Shown: positions 8,624-19,021 of the stretch, one piece after another
How the letters are laid out: each line of letters begins with the position of its first letter
How positions within the stretch are numbered: the stretch's first letter is position 1
IMG/VR virus record: IMGVR_UViG_3300034101_006118
Length of the DNA stretch: 64,000 nucleotides
Direction: 5' to 3' (one strand)
Origin: an uncultured virus (IMG/VR IMGVR_UViG_3300034101_006118)
Lineage: Duplodnaviria > Heunggongvirae > Uroviricota > Caudoviricetes
The notes under the pieces: generated by a model
Told to the model about the DNA's origin: nothing
Databases searched by the model: none
The model's input: the letters and a program-made list of their open reading frames with translations, nothing else
Made by a program: the position numbers and the translations under genes

Positions 8624-9219
8624 CAAGACCATATTTTCATTTGTTTTTCGTATTTAACAATTTGTTTGCAGTAGAAATTAATTACTTGTTTTTTCAAGAT
8701 GTTTTTCCATTCATTTCTTCCAATTTGTGTTGTTATGATTGGCTTGTTTTTATTTGATATTTGAATTTGCCCATAACCTAAGGCACCGATGCTTAGGCAA
8801 TTCCAGTCTAATTCCCAAATTGGAATAATTTTAATTTCTGCTATTTCTACTTTTCCTTCTTTTCTTTTGTAATCAATAAATATGTAATTTAATGTTAGTT
8901 CTTCATCCTTGAGTAATTTTATCAGTCTTTTGACTGAAATTAAATTAGGCATAGAAAAGCCTGATTCGTTGATGTGATGCGACTTTATGTCGAATAAGTG
9001 TTTGATTTTATCAACAGAGATGGAAAAGTCGTCTACTGATTTTTTACTTTTTGATTTGGTGAATTGGGCCTGATATTGATTTGAGATTATTTTTGATGAA
9101 AGGTGTTCAATCATATCTCCGACAGCACGATGAGAAAGAGATTCATCTGCCATAAAAGGAAGAAGATGAGAATGCAATAAGTTTTGTATGTCTTGATTCA
9201 AATTCATCAAATAATCCAT
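8620..9219 (-). CDS. PD-(D/E)XK restriction-endonuclease-like protein
   Basis: GDMIE ... VDDF ... FDIKS, MPNLIS. Confidence 0.55.
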   Translation of the reverse strand: MDYLMNLNQDIQNLLHSHLLPFMADESLSHRAVGDMIEHLSSKIISNQYQAQFTKSKSKKSVDDFSISVDKIKHLFDIKSHHINESGFSMPNLISVKRLIKLLKDEELTLNYIFIDYKRKEGKVEIAEIKIIPIWELDWNCLSIGALGYGQIQISNKNKPIITTQIGRNEWKNILKKQVINFYCKQIVKYEKQMKIWSC

Positions 9220-9231
9220 CTTTTTTTAATT

Positions 9232-10212
9232 TTAAGTTTTATGATTCATGAATTCCAGTTTTTTGGTTTTTTCAACAACTTTTTTGAATGATTGCATGAT
9301 TTGTTGGCTTGTTAATTCAGTCATGCATGGTTTGACATTTTGCTTTGATTTTGGGCATTGTATAAACATGAAGCATGGTCCGCATTCCCAGTCGCCATTG
9401 TCTTTGTGTTTTTGAACAAGTTCAAAATCAAAGTATTTGCCGTAAACTTTTCCATTTGTGAAAGAGAAAATACCAACTAGAGGTTTTTTCAATGCTCCTG
9501 CTATGTGGAATGTTCCTGTGTCGATTGAAATTACATATTCTGCTGCTTCAACAAGACCTACCCAAGACTCTAATTCGATGTTTATAAATTGTGGTATATT
9601 CATCATTTGGAATATTTCGATTGATGAATCATGAATTGTAAAAACAAAATATCCTTCTTCTTGTAGAAGCTTACATGTTTCGTAAATTTGTTGATCTGTA
9701 AGGCTTTTTGCTTGTCCGAATTCACAAGTTGTTGATTTGGTGACGAATAATACAGTTGGGAGTTTTTTATCGTTAATTGAATTGAGTGCTTCTTTATATA
9801 TTTCAATATTTTTTGCTTGAAGGTGACATTTGTGATTGTTCAGTTTTACTCCACAATGTCTTGCCCATATATCGCTTCTGTGTAGAGTATTTGATCCTAA
9901 GTGCATGCTTTCGTGTACTCTGCATGCGGTACTAATGTCATATATGATTCCATATTCTCGTTCTTTTATTTTTTCAATTGGGATTGTTTTTGCAAAAGGT
10001 TGATCTGATGCCAGTTGTAAGTATTTTTGAGGACAGCAATAATGTAAATCAATTTCTGAAAATGTTGTACTAAAATCTTCAAACATCATCCTTTGCATGA
10101 CGATGTCACCATATCCTCCGTATTTTCTTTTAATTAGAACTTTATTGCGACGAATGAAGTGTTCCTTCAATGTAATTGGATTTATTTGTTTTTTCTTTAC
10201 ATAGCGGAACAT
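9232..10212 (-). CDS. GT9 (heptosyltransferase-like) glycosyltransferase
   Basis: GGYGD, DTGTFHIAGAL, C-terminal CxPC..C..CM. Confidence 0.8.
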   Translation of the reverse strand: MFRYVKKKQINPITLKEHFIRRNKVLIKRKYGGYGDIVMQRMMFEDFSTTFSEIDLHYCCPQKYLQLASDQPFAKTIPIEKIKEREYGIIYDISTACRVHESMHLGSNTLHRSDIWARHCGVKLNNHKCHLQAKNIEIYKEALNSINDKKLPTVLFVTKSTTCEFGQAKSLTDQQIYETCKLLQEEGYFVFTIHDSSIEIFQMMNIPQFINIELESWVGLVEAAEYVISIDTGTFHIAGALKKPLVGIFSFTNGKVYGKYFDFELVQKHKDNGDWECGPCFMFIQCPKSKQNVKPCMTELTSQQIMQSFKKVVEKTKKLEFMNHKT

Positions 10213-10217
10213 AAATA

Positions 10218-10397
10218 TGGTGTCTCTTCCGTACTACCTCAATTTATTTCAATTATAAATGTTCAGGATGTCTGTATGGATACCAGATCATTTTGAAGTA
10301 AAAGAAAGACCCAATACAGGAGCGGGATGCTTTATGGCAGCGTTCAAGGGAAATTCCAAAGTTTATGCAACAAACTTAGGTTGAGACAAGGGGGCCA
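10218..10397 (+). ncRNA. candidate ~180-nt structured RNA (6S-like?)
   Basis: End-to-end pairing 10218-10228/10388-10397 and 10238-10246/10377-10385, inner stem 10271-10277/10314-10320, G-U rich on + strand. Confidence 0.35.
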
Positions 10398-10407
10398 ATC
10401 GTGTTGA

Positions 10408-11544
10408 TTAAGCCCCCTGATTCATAAATGTCTTCCACTTTGACAATGCTGAACCTATAGTCTGATCTATGTCCAAATACTTGTATTCTCCTAGTCTACC
10501 TCCAAATGTAACATCGTTGTGATTTATTTTCAGATTAGCATATTTGTTGTAAATGAAACTGTTCTTTTCATCCCTTATTGGGTAGTAAGGTTCAGGATGG
10601 TCTTTGAATGATATTGGTATGTCAAAACTCACAACTGTTTCTTCTTTTTCTTGATTTTTTGTTTCATAATGTTTTGGCGTTTCATTGTGGAAATGCTTGT
10701 GTTCAATGCTTCTGATGTATGGTTTTGATCCATCTACATGGTTGAAAACTGCCGTTCCTTGGTAGTCGCCATAGAATGTCTTGTGTTCAAAAGTTAAAGT
10801 GTTGTATTCCAAGAATCCGTACTCATAATCGTAAAATTTATCTATTGGTCCTGTGTAAACAAGATGATTGGCGTAATCTCTCCATTTGTTTCTCATGGTG
10901 AAAAAGTCAACTCCAAGATTGATATCGATTCCATCAAGCATTTTTCTAATTGTTTGGGAATATCCTTCTTTTGGCATTCCTTGATATTTTGTTGTAAAAT
11001 AATTTTCTTCGTAAGTTAGTCTTATTGGAAGTCTTTGAATGATGGAGGCAGGTAGTTCGGATGGTTCCTTTAGCCATTGCTTTTTTGTGTAGTGATAGAA
11101 AAATAAATCATAAATTTCACGACCAACCCTGTCCAAAGCCCATTCTTCAAAGTTTCTTGGATTATCGCAAGGAATTCTTACTTCTTGCAGTTTTCTTTGA
11201 GCATCTTCTGGTGTGACAACTCCCCACAATTGGTGAAGTGTCATCATGTTGATTGGGAAAGAGAAAACTTTGCCTTGAGACAAAGCCTTGGGTTTGTTGA
11301 TGTAAGGAATTATTTTTGTGAATTTATTGATGAATTCCCAAACTTCTTCACTTTGAGTGTGGAATATATGCGCTCCATATTCGCTAACCAATATTCCGTT
11401 CTGCCATCTTTTGTCATAAGTTGCTCCAGCAATGTGGTTATTTTTGTCTATGACAAGGCATTTTTTTCCTGCATCTGTTGCCTTGCGGGCAAAGGTAGAA
11501 CCGAAAAAACCAGATCCAACTATGAGAAAATCATACTTTGCCAT
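10408..11544 (-). CDS. glf: UDP-galactopyranose mutase
   Basis: GSGFFG FAD motif, YGAHIFHT, YTKKQW, EPYYP, GRLGEYKY; start MAKY at 11544. Confidence 0.95.
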   Translation of the reverse strand: MAKYDFLIVGSGFFGSTFARKATDAGKKCLVIDKNNHIAGATYDKRWQNGILVSEYGAHIFHTQSEEVWEFINKFTKIIPYINKPKALSQGKVFSFPINMMTLHQLWGVVTPEDAQRKLQEVRIPCDNPRNFEEWALDRVGREIYDLFFYHYTKKQWLKEPSELPASIIQRLPIRLTYEENYFTTKYQGMPKEGYSQTIRKMLDGIDINLGVDFFTMRNKWRDYANHLVYTGPIDKFYDYEYGFLEYNTLTFEHKTFYGDYQGTAVFNHVDGSKPYIRSIEHKHFHNETPKHYETKNQEKEETVVSFDIPISFKDHPEPYYPIRDEKNSFIYNKYANLKINHNDVTFGGRLGEYKYLDIDQTIGSALSKWKTFMNQGA

Positions 11545-12371
11545 TATTTTTCCTCTCTGAGATAATCGCTTATACGACCAGCAAGGTAGGCATCGCAATA
11601 TTCTTTTTGTGAACTCCATCCAAATTCATAATGTTCTTTGTTGCCTAAGAAACCTGTAACCCAAAAGTCGATATTATTTTCCATTCTGTATCCCCAAGAG
11701 GTGAATGTTTTTACTTTTGCGGCTGGTCCCCATATGGCGCTCCAACTATCACAAGCCAAAACCAAATCTGCTTCGTAAATTGTAAAAGCCAACGATTCCA
11801 GAATCGACCATGAACCTATTTTGTTAATTGTCTTCTCTATTGTTTCTTTTTTCATGCATGATTGATATGGATCGTTTGGTCCTCCAACCATTAATATTTT
11901 GAAACCTTTTTCATGAAGAATGTTTACACATCTATCCCATGTAGGCACATACCAGTCCAAAAACTGCTGAGGCTTCATCTCAAGGCTTACTGGTTGCAGA
12001 ACTGCAACTTTTTCATTTTGCTTTTTTTCTGGTATGTACTTTCTTAAATCAACCCATTCCTTGATGTCATGACTGTTGCGAAAGTTCATTGGCTGGAATA
12101 TTTTACAATTATATTTTTTACTGAAATAAAATGAACTGTCATTGTCGTAGTCGATGTCATATTCAATTTTTTTGATGAAATTACAAGAATCAAGAATTGT
12201 CTTAACATTTTGGCAACTTTTTTTCACTTTGCCGTGCGATTTGAATATTGGGGATGTGTGGACGATTGTTGATTGGAGATTTCTCTCTGTCATTGCGATA
12301 TTGGCTCTGCACAGGTTAAGTCCTGTATCTCCAATCGCTCCTGTTTCAAAGTAAATATGTAGGTCTTCCAT
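11544..12371 (-). CDS. GT-B (GT9-like) glycosyltransferase
   Basis: GAIGD near N-terminus, ACDSW motif; TAATG coupling to glf. Confidence 0.6.
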   Translation of the reverse strand: MEDLHIYFETGAIGDTGLNLCRANIAMTERNLQSTIVHTSPIFKSHGKVKKSCQNVKTILDSCNFIKKIEYDIDYDNDSSFYFSKKYNCKIFQPMNFRNSHDIKEWVDLRKYIPEKKQNEKVAVLQPVSLEMKPQQFLDWYVPTWDRCVNILHEKGFKILMVGGPNDPYQSCMKKETIEKTINKIGSWSILESLAFTIYEADLVLACDSWSAIWGPAAKVKTFTSWGYRMENNIDFWVTGFLGNKEHYEFGWSSQKEYCDAYLAGRISDYLREEK

Positions 12372-12407
12372 TACTCTGATAAAGTTTAGGAGTGCAAAAA
12401 GTGATAC

Positions 12408-13034
12408 ATGAAACAAATTGAACTCGAATATTTGAAAAAAAAAGTTGATGTCGATCTAAAAAAACAACTCATAAGCGGTCGTGTTTTGCTAGACAGATAT
12501 TGCATGATTGATGAGTTATCTAGAAAATCGCCTTCTTATTGCGATCCTAATTATGCTGGATTTTACTATCATTTGGGTAAGTATATTTCTCCAAACAGTT
12601 TGATGGAATTTGGTTTTGATTTGGGTCTTTTCTCTGCGTGTTTCATGATTTCTTGCAAGACCGTGAAGAATTATTTTGCATTTAGGGAGAGCGATGGTTC
12701 TTTCTTTTCAGAAAGAATTGGTGCTAGGAATATAAGAAGATCATACAAGGGTAATTCAAAATATCACTATGGTTCTATTCATGATGATGTTTTTGACAAA
12801 GTTTTTGAAAATAGATGGGATATGGTAATTTTTTCTGTTGAAGAAAAATACGACAAACAACTTCAGTATTTTGAATTTGTTTGGCCTCACTTAAATGAAA
12901 ATGCAATAATGGTTTGTGACAACATAAGAAGAAATCAGGCTACCAAAGATGCATTTGAGGCATTTGCGTTTAGCAAAAATAGAGAGTCTTGTTTCTTCAA
13001 CACAAGGCATGGAACAATGATTTTGCAAAAATAA
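12408..13034 (+). CDS. class I SAM-methyltransferase-like protein
   Basis: EFGFDLG, WDMVI, HLNENAIMVCDN. Confidence 0.55.
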   Translation: MKQIELEYLKKKVDVDLKKQLISGRVLLDRYCMIDELSRKSPSYCDPNYAGFYYHLGKYISPNSLMEFGFDLGLFSACFMISCKTVKNYFAFRESDGSFFSERIGARNIRRSYKGNSKYHYGSIHDDVFDKVFENRWDMVIFSVEEKYDKQLQYFEFVWPHLNENAIMVCDNIRRNQATKDAFEAFAFSKNRESCFFNTRHGTMILQK

Positions 13035-13077
13035 ATGGCTATTAGACTAATTTATTATATTGGGCAGGAGGGTTATC

Positions 13078-13845
13078 GTGGGATTTGAATGCATATATCA
13101 CTATCATGAAAAAGTTGATGGAGATTACGATAGGCAGGAAACGAAAACCTTCAAGAAAAAGGTTGGCGATCCATTTGATGATGTTAGTTTGGAAAGGTTG
13201 GCCGCTTCAATTATGGCTCAGATGGCAAGAAGAGACATTTGGATCACGGATGTCGAAATTTTTGAGTTGAGCAAAAAGGCCGTAAGCTTCAAAGAATCAA
13301 AAGGCGGAATCATCATAAAGAACAAAAAGTTTTTGTTTGATGGTGGTGGAGAAGAATCTTTTATAACTGTCGAAGAAATAATTCAAACAAGTCCTTCTCA
13401 AAATCCTCAATATACAGTTAGCGAATTTCAACAGGCATCAAATACTTCAATGCCTATTCAGCAATTATCAGCGGCTGCTGTTCATCCTCATAATCAGCAA
13501 AAACCTTCTCAACAGACAAGAAAAACAGTTGACCAGATGGTTTATTTGCCTGAACCCATGCATTTGCATACAGCCAAACAGAAAAACCTGCGTTTTACTG
13601 TCAACAAGAGGTATCCTATTTTTGAAAAGCGCCCATCACCAAATGGGGGAGAGATTTTTGTCACTCAAGATGACACAGGAAGAGAACAAATGGTTTCGGA
13701 TGTTTACTTTGTTCCAGCAAACATCAACCTTATTGCGGACAGAGAGCTTGGTTTTAGTGAAACCAAAGAAGAAAAAGATGGGGGCAACCTCTATTGGGGA
13801 AACGCAGCAAGAGATCCCGGTATGCCTGATTTAAGAAGGAAATAA
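13078..13845 (+). CDS. hypothetical protein
   Basis: Long ORF; GTG start after GGAGGG. Confidence 0.65.
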   Translation: MGFECIYHYHEKVDGDYDRQETKTFKKKVGDPFDDVSLERLAASIMAQMARRDIWITDVEIFELSKKAVSFKESKGGIIIKNKKFLFDGGGEESFITVEEIIQTSPSQNPQYTVSEFQQASNTSMPIQQLSAAAVHPHNQQKPSQQTRKTVDQMVYLPEPMHLHTAKQKNLRFTVNKRYPIFEKRPSPNGGEIFVTQDDTGREQMVSDVYFVPANINLIADRELGFSETKEEKDGGNLYWGNAARDPGMPDLRRK

Positions 13846-13849
13846 TGAC

Positions 13850-14314
13850 ATGTCACTATCAAGAAAAGATATTCAAAAGAGAAAAGAGCGTGAGAACGCC
13901 GTCAGGAAGAAGGTTCTTGATAGGCGTGAAGAAATACGCAAAGAAAGGAAACTTGTAGAGGATGAAAGGAAAAAGGATAAAGAAATGTTTCTCCTAGAAC
14001 ATGGACATATTCCAGCCGCTCTTCCCGGCAACCCAGAATTGGCAGAAGCCAAAAAGGCAGAAAGGGAAAAAAAAGTGAGCGAAAAATTAAAACGAAATCT
14101 AGCCATCTTGAAAAATCTTGAGCAGGAATACGAACAGGAACAAGCTGCAAGAACCAATTTGAACAGCCAACTTGAGGAAGAAGGATACCATTCCATGAAA
14201 GAAAAAATGGATGCCCTTCACGCCAAAGCCTTGAAAATGCAAAAGGTAGTGGAAGACCTCGATGAAGCAGCAAGCAAATCAGGCAAGACAGAAGACTCTT
14301 TACAACAAAAATAA
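13850..14314 (+). CDS. charged coiled-coil hypothetical protein
   Basis: K/E/R-rich ORF in operon. Confidence 0.65.
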   Translation: MSLSRKDIQKRKERENAVRKKVLDRREEIRKERKLVEDERKKDKEMFLLEHGHIPAALPGNPELAEAKKAEREKKVSEKLKRNLAILKNLEQEYEQEQAARTNLNSQLEEEGYHSMKEKMDALHAKALKMQKVVEDLDEAASKSGKTEDSLQQK

Positions 14315-14411
14315 AATTTTCAGATTTATATCAATTTTTGGGCCTCATCTGGTGATAATAGGTTTGTGACGGCATCATCACCATCACATTACTTTTTACC
14401 ATGAGGCTACT

Positions 14412-15404
14412 ATGTCACTCGACTTTGAACCACTTGATCTTTCTGAAATTAACAAAGAGGCACAACGAGTTTCCGAGGAGGCCACTTCCAATGCCGGAGG
14501 AGGTGATTACCTTGAGAAATTCGTCAAGATGCCAGATAGGGATGGCTATGTCATGCTCCGCATTCTGCCTCGCAAGAAAGGCGGAAGCGTATGGTGTGCC
14601 ACCCGTGTTCACACCCTTTCCAATCCAGAAACAAGGCAGAAGAAAACCTATCATTGTCCACGCAAGTTGACAGACAGCGACAGGGGTGGTCCACCACGCT
14701 GGCTTGGAGATTGCATTATCTGCAAGTATTACAGCGACTTGTGGCAAAGGTCTGAGAGTCTTTCAGGCAAGGCTCAGGAAGAATTGCAGAATCAAGCCCG
14801 TGCAATCAAGCCTGTCGAAAGATATTACTACAATGTCATCGTTCGTTCTGAAAAGGACAAGGATGGCAATATCAAGAAGAATGTTGGACCCAAGATTTTC
14901 TCTTGCGGCAAAACCACTCATTCCAAGATTATTCGGGCTATGAAAGGTGATGAAGCTGCTGGCGAAAAGCCATTGGGAGACATCACTCATCCCAAGGATG
15001 GTCGTGACTTCCGTGTCGTTAAGAAGGTTGTCAAAGGTGGTGGTGGTATGGAATACCCCAACTACGACAACTCTAAGTTTGAAGACCAGTCTCCCGCTGG
15101 TAGCTTGGATGAGTTGAAGAGTTGGCTTGATAGCCTTCACGATTTGCAAGCCTTAAGGGCAATCAAGTCTGCGGATGAACTCAAGCATGCTCTCAAGGTT
15201 CACTTGGGAATGGTAAGGGAAAGCTCGAACTCAAATGACAGCGATCTGAGCGAGTTCAGAAATACAAATCCAGTTAAGGCCAAGCCTGCTGAAGCGATTC
15301 GTGAAGAACTTGTAGTAAGCACAACTCCTGTTTCCAAGGAAGAAACTAAGGAAAACGAGGATTTGGCTGATGATGACTTCCTAAAAGAACTCAATGGTAT
15401 GTAA
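14412..15404 (+). CDS. T4 gp32-like single-stranded DNA-binding protein
   Basis: LRILP, C..CIIC zinc ligands, RYYYNV, GRDF, PNYDNSKF, acidic C-terminus. Confidence 0.85.
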   Translation: MSLDFEPLDLSEINKEAQRVSEEATSNAGGGDYLEKFVKMPDRDGYVMLRILPRKKGGSVWCATRVHTLSNPETRQKKTYHCPRKLTDSDRGGPPRWLGDCIICKYYSDLWQRSESLSGKAQEELQNQARAIKPVERYYYNVIVRSEKDKDGNIKKNVGPKIFSCGKTTHSKIIRAMKGDEAAGEKPLGDITHPKDGRDFRVVKKVVKGGGGMEYPNYDNSKFEDQSPAGSLDELKSWLDSLHDLQALRAIKSADELKHALKVHLGMVRESSNSNDSDLSEFRNTNPVKAKPAEAIREELVVSTTPVSKEETKENEDLADDDFLKELNGM

Positions 15405-15407
15405 CCC

Positions 15408-15452
15408 AAATAAGTACTGCCCAGATTTTTGTCTGGGCAGTACTTATTTTTT
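15408..15452 (+). terminator. 18-bp hairpin/terminator after SSB gene
   Basis: AAATAAGTACTGCCCAGA-TTTTTG-TCTGGGCAGTACTTATTT plus T tract. Confidence 0.75.
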
Positions 15453-15482
15453 CTTTCACTTACGAATAAAGGAAGGCAGACC

Positions 15483-16700
15483 ATGGCTAAGAAAAAGGCA
15501 TCTGAAGGCGTTGATGATAGTTTCTTTTGTGATTTGGCAGAGGAAACAGGAGGCGATGTCCTTGATCAAATTGATTCAGTTAAATATTTTGTGGACACTG
15601 GTAGCCTAGCTCTGAACTATATTTGTTCGGGCAAGTTCATTACTGGTGGAATACCCGGTGGCAAACTCACCGAAATTTATGGTCCAAACAGTTCATCAAA
15701 GTCTCTTTTGGGTGCCAATATTCTTTTCGGCACACAGAAGATGAAAGGAGTTCCAGTCCTCATGGACTGCGAAAACAGTGCAAACAAGGAATTCATTCAG
15801 TTGGCAAGCCATTGCAACTTGAAGAGAATTGTGCGACACACTCCAGAAACCTTGGAAGATGTGTTTGCAAAAATGTACAAAGTAATCGAAGCCGCAAGGC
15901 AAAAGACAAGTAATGATGTTCCAATAGTCATTGTTTATGACTCGATTGGAGTAAGTCCTTCTGCCCGTGAATTGCGTGAAGTTGCTCTTCCAGAAAACTT
16001 CACGAAAGAGCAATTCAAGAAGATAGTTGGAGGTAATGAGCAACCCGGTGAAAGGGCCAAAATTTGCTCTAGAGAACTGCGAAAACTCAACACTGTCATG
16101 GAGAAACACAACGCAACAGTTGTGATTCTCAACCAAACTCGTGATAAGATTGGAACTTACATTCCAACCAAAACCACGGCTGGTGGAGGAAACGCTCTTC
16201 CTTTCTACGCTTCTTGCCGTCTTGAAACCAAGACAATGCAGAAAATAGAAAAGAAGTTAAGCGCCAAGAAAAAGAAAATCTTGGGCATTAATGTGAAGCT
16301 CAAGAATGTAAAAAACAAGACTCACAGACCTTTTGTCGAGTCTGAAAATGTCCAGTTGTTGTTCGATAAGGGAATCAATCCAATCAGCGGACTACTTTCT
16401 TGCCTTCTTGATTCAGACAGGATCGAGATATCAGGAACTGGATCATTTAAGGTAAAGCCTGCTTTTTCCAATGGCGAGGAAGTAAAGTTCCGGGCCAGTA
16501 TGGATAGAAATGATGTCCCTATGGATATTCTTCTAAAATGCCCATCACTCATTGATGCATCCTCAACTAAGGAAGTTGAAGATTATCTTGAGCCCTACAA
16601 GGAAGCAATCGCTGGAAGAGCAGAAGATGATTCTGATGTAGAATTGTCAGAAGTCGATTCTCTCAGCGATGATAGCATTGACGAGGAATTGGAAGGTTGA
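15483..16700 (+). CDS. recA: RecA/UvsX recombinase
   Basis: DTGSLALN, GGIPGGKLTEIYGPNSSSKS, IVYDS, LNQTR, GGNALPFYAS, KNK. Confidence 0.92.
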   Translation: MAKKKASEGVDDSFFCDLAEETGGDVLDQIDSVKYFVDTGSLALNYICSGKFITGGIPGGKLTEIYGPNSSSKSLLGANILFGTQKMKGVPVLMDCENSANKEFIQLASHCNLKRIVRHTPETLEDVFAKMYKVIEAARQKTSNDVPIVIVYDSIGVSPSARELREVALPENFTKEQFKKIVGGNEQPGERAKICSRELRKLNTVMEKHNATVVILNQTRDKIGTYIPTKTTAGGGNALPFYASCRLETKTMQKIEKKLSAKKKKILGINVKLKNVKNKTHRPFVESENVQLLFDKGINPISGLLSCLLDSDRIEISGTGSFKVKPAFSNGEEVKFRASMDRNDVPMDILLKCPSLIDASSTKEVEDYLEPYKEAIAGRAEDDSDVELSEVDSLSDDSIDEELEG

Positions 16701-16720
16701 TCGTAACCTTATGATAAATT

Positions 16721-16760
16721 AAAAAACCTCTGACTATGAAAATTAGTCAGAGGTTTTTTT
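16721..16760. terminator. bidirectional intrinsic terminator
   Basis: AAAAAACCTCTGACTA...TAGTCAGAGGTTTTTTT between convergent genes. Confidence 0.85.
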
Positions 16761-16765
16761 GTTAT

Positions 16766-17233
16766 TTAAGAAATCTTGTAATTACCAGCAGAGATTTTAG
16801 TGAAATTATAGCCTTCTTTTTTTAATTCATTTTTGACTTGATTGAAACAACTGTTGATTGCGGCTGTTCCAAATCCTTTCTTGTCGTATCTTCTTTTCAA
16901 ATCTTCAATGCTAACAGTTTTTTTTGAAAGTAGTTTTCTTCTGATATAGTTTTTTATATTTTGATTTGTTGTATTTTTATTTGTTATATTTTGATTATCT
17001 TCTCTGGTAATCATTTTGTTTTCGATAAGAGTGTACTCATATTTTTGATTTTTTTGCTTTGGATTACAGAAGGCTGGAACTAACTCATCAAGATCGATGA
17101 CATTGCCATTTTTCATGTTTACAAGAGACATGTTGGCTTTGAAACTATTGCAGAACTCTATGAGTTGGTTGAAATTTTTTTGATGGGTGAAGAATTTGCG
17201 TTTGTCCTTGAGTTCAATTAAAAGACACTTCAT
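16766..17233 (-). CDS. hypothetical protein, possible C-terminal winged helix
   Basis: 155-aa ORF with GGAG SD. Confidence 0.6.
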   Translation of the reverse strand: MKCLLIELKDKRKFFTHQKNFNQLIEFCNSFKANMSLVNMKNGNVIDLDELVPAFCNPKQKNQKYEYTLIENKMITREDNQNITNKNTTNQNIKNYIRRKLLSKKTVSIEDLKRRYDKKGFGTAAINSCFNQVKNELKKEGYNFTKISAGNYKIS

Positions 17234-17376
17234 GATTTGCTCCGTGATTTAGCTGTTTGGTGTTTGCAGCAAGTTATTTGGGTTTTAATCTTCTGCACAA
17301 CACAATTATAGGTATTTACAAACAAAATACTACTTGCCTTTTACTTTCTCTTATAATAGATGGTGGGAGGTTTTCG

Positions 17377-18399
17377 ATGGATTCATACAAAGAAAAAATC
17401 GATTTGAATTACCTCCGCAGATTTGGCGCAGAAATCGAAATCAATGCTTTTGATTTTAGAAGTAGGCCAGTTGGGCATGGTGAAGGCAAGTTGCCAGAAG
17501 GCACATACTATGTAGCCAACTTGGTTCAAAAATCATCAGAAAATACAGTAAAAATTCACAAATGGAGTTATGATCACAACAACACATCATGGATAATCAA
17601 GCCAGATAGTAGTTGCGGCATTGAAATCTGCACTCCAGTCCTTAAAGGCTGGATTGGTCTAATGGAAACTTGTAGGGTTATTGAGGCTCTTGGTAACGAC
17701 AAGAAGGTAAATGCCGATGACCGTTGCAGTTTCCATGTTCATGTTGATGTGAGCGATTTAACTGAACAAGAAGTGGCAACAATTATTACTTGGTGGGTAA
17801 AATGCGAGCCTGTTTTCATGGATTCTGTTCCAATACTCAGGAAAAGAAATCAATATTGCCAACTTTTAGGTCAGTCGGATATATTTGAAAAAGTAGAAGA
17901 TAGCTTTCATGCAAATGATTATCTAATCAGAAGACTAGGATCTTGCAAATACTATACAATCAACACTTACCATTATCACAACAATAAAAGAAAGACAATT
18001 GAATTCCGCATTATGGATGGAGATTGCTGTCTCGACCCATGGATTGCTAAGAATTATATTCGACTTTTGCTGCATTTCATTGAAAGGTCATTGAAATTTG
18101 GAATGCCAAATAATTATTTTGAGGGAGATAAGTGGTCAGGTTACTGCTGGCTGGACCCCAAAGATGTTTTTGATTTCCTTGGATTCAACAAAAAGACTGA
18201 TTTAAGTCTGGGAGCCAAGCAAGTTTACGAATGGTTTCTTGATAGGCTTCACTTAAATTGTAATTATTCATTGAATCATGGAATAATGGGCAATAACGCA
18301 AGGCGTTATGCCCAGAAGGAAATAGAAGAAATGTGTTTTGAATATGGAAATATGTCGGTCGATTACGATGATATATTTAATTTCAAATATCGTATATAA
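17377..18399 (+). CDS. putative amidoligase (COOH-NH2 ligase type 2)
   Basis: FGAEIE, DSSCGIEICTP, CSFHVHV, TIEFR. Confidence 0.8.
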   Translation: MDSYKEKIDLNYLRRFGAEIEINAFDFRSRPVGHGEGKLPEGTYYVANLVQKSSENTVKIHKWSYDHNNTSWIIKPDSSCGIEICTPVLKGWIGLMETCRVIEALGNDKKVNADDRCSFHVHVDVSDLTEQEVATIITWWVKCEPVFMDSVPILRKRNQYCQLLGQSDIFEKVEDSFHANDYLIRRLGSCKYYTINTYHYHNNKRKTIEFRIMDGDCCLDPWIAKNYIRLLLHFIERSLKFGMPNNYFEGDKWSGYCWLDPKDVFDFLGFNKKTDLSLGAKQVYEWFLDRLHLNCNYSLNHGIMGNNARRYAQKEIEEMCFEYGNMSVDYDDIFNFKYRI

Positions 18400-18422
18400 T
18401 TAAGGCATGGCTATCATGTCTT

Positions 18423-18445
18423 GAAAATCCGTCATTAGATGGCGG
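18423..18445 (+). promoter_or_regulatory. CRISPR-handle-like hairpin in 5' region of ORF 18453
   Basis: GAAAATCCGTC-ATTAGAT-GGCGG, 16/23 identical to repeat 3' handle, ends 7 nt before ATG. Confidence 0.45.
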
Positions 18446-18452
18446 GAGGCTT

Positions 18453-18920
18453 ATGTACCCTTATAAGCAACAGGTTTTGGATGAAATCGCAAAGGAAATG
18501 AAATCCTTGGGAGAGGTTCTTGTTCCTTTTAATTATCCCAAAATGCCTGTAGGCATCTGGGAGGATGATTTGGGAATATTCAAAGCAAGACAAGTCACAA
18601 TCGACGGTTACTCTCTTTTTTTGCATTACCAAAAATCGGATTATGACAATTATTTGATTGAAACTTTGCAAATACACAACCTCAAAAGCCCATTCCTTCC
18701 TTTTAATTTGATTTGTAAAATAGGAAGAAGATTCTTGGGAAGCAAAAATCTTTCCCTTATTGAAATTTACAAAGAACACAGGAAAATATACATTTGGTCA
18801 TTATGTTCAGATAGGCAAGGAAAATCTATGCCTATTCCAGAACAAAACAACACAGAATCATGTGAATTTGAGGGATTGCAATACACTTATATGCAACCTC
18901 AAAATATTGATTTTTTCTAA
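18453..18920 (+). CDS. hypothetical protein
   Basis: GGAGG SD, 155 aa. Confidence 0.65.
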   Translation: MYPYKQQVLDEIAKEMKSLGEVLVPFNYPKMPVGIWEDDLGIFKARQVTIDGYSLFLHYQKSDYDNYLIETLQIHNLKSPFLPFNLICKIGRRFLGSKNLSLIEIYKEHRKIYIWSLCSDRQGKSMPIPEQNNTESCEFEGLQYTYMQPQNIDFF

Positions 18921-19021
18921 ACATGTAGTTCGGTTAGAAGATTTTTTCAATCAGTATTTAATCACAATATATACCCTTGTAGCGTCAACTCAGGACGCTT
19001 TCCTTTAACGAGGGTCTAAAC

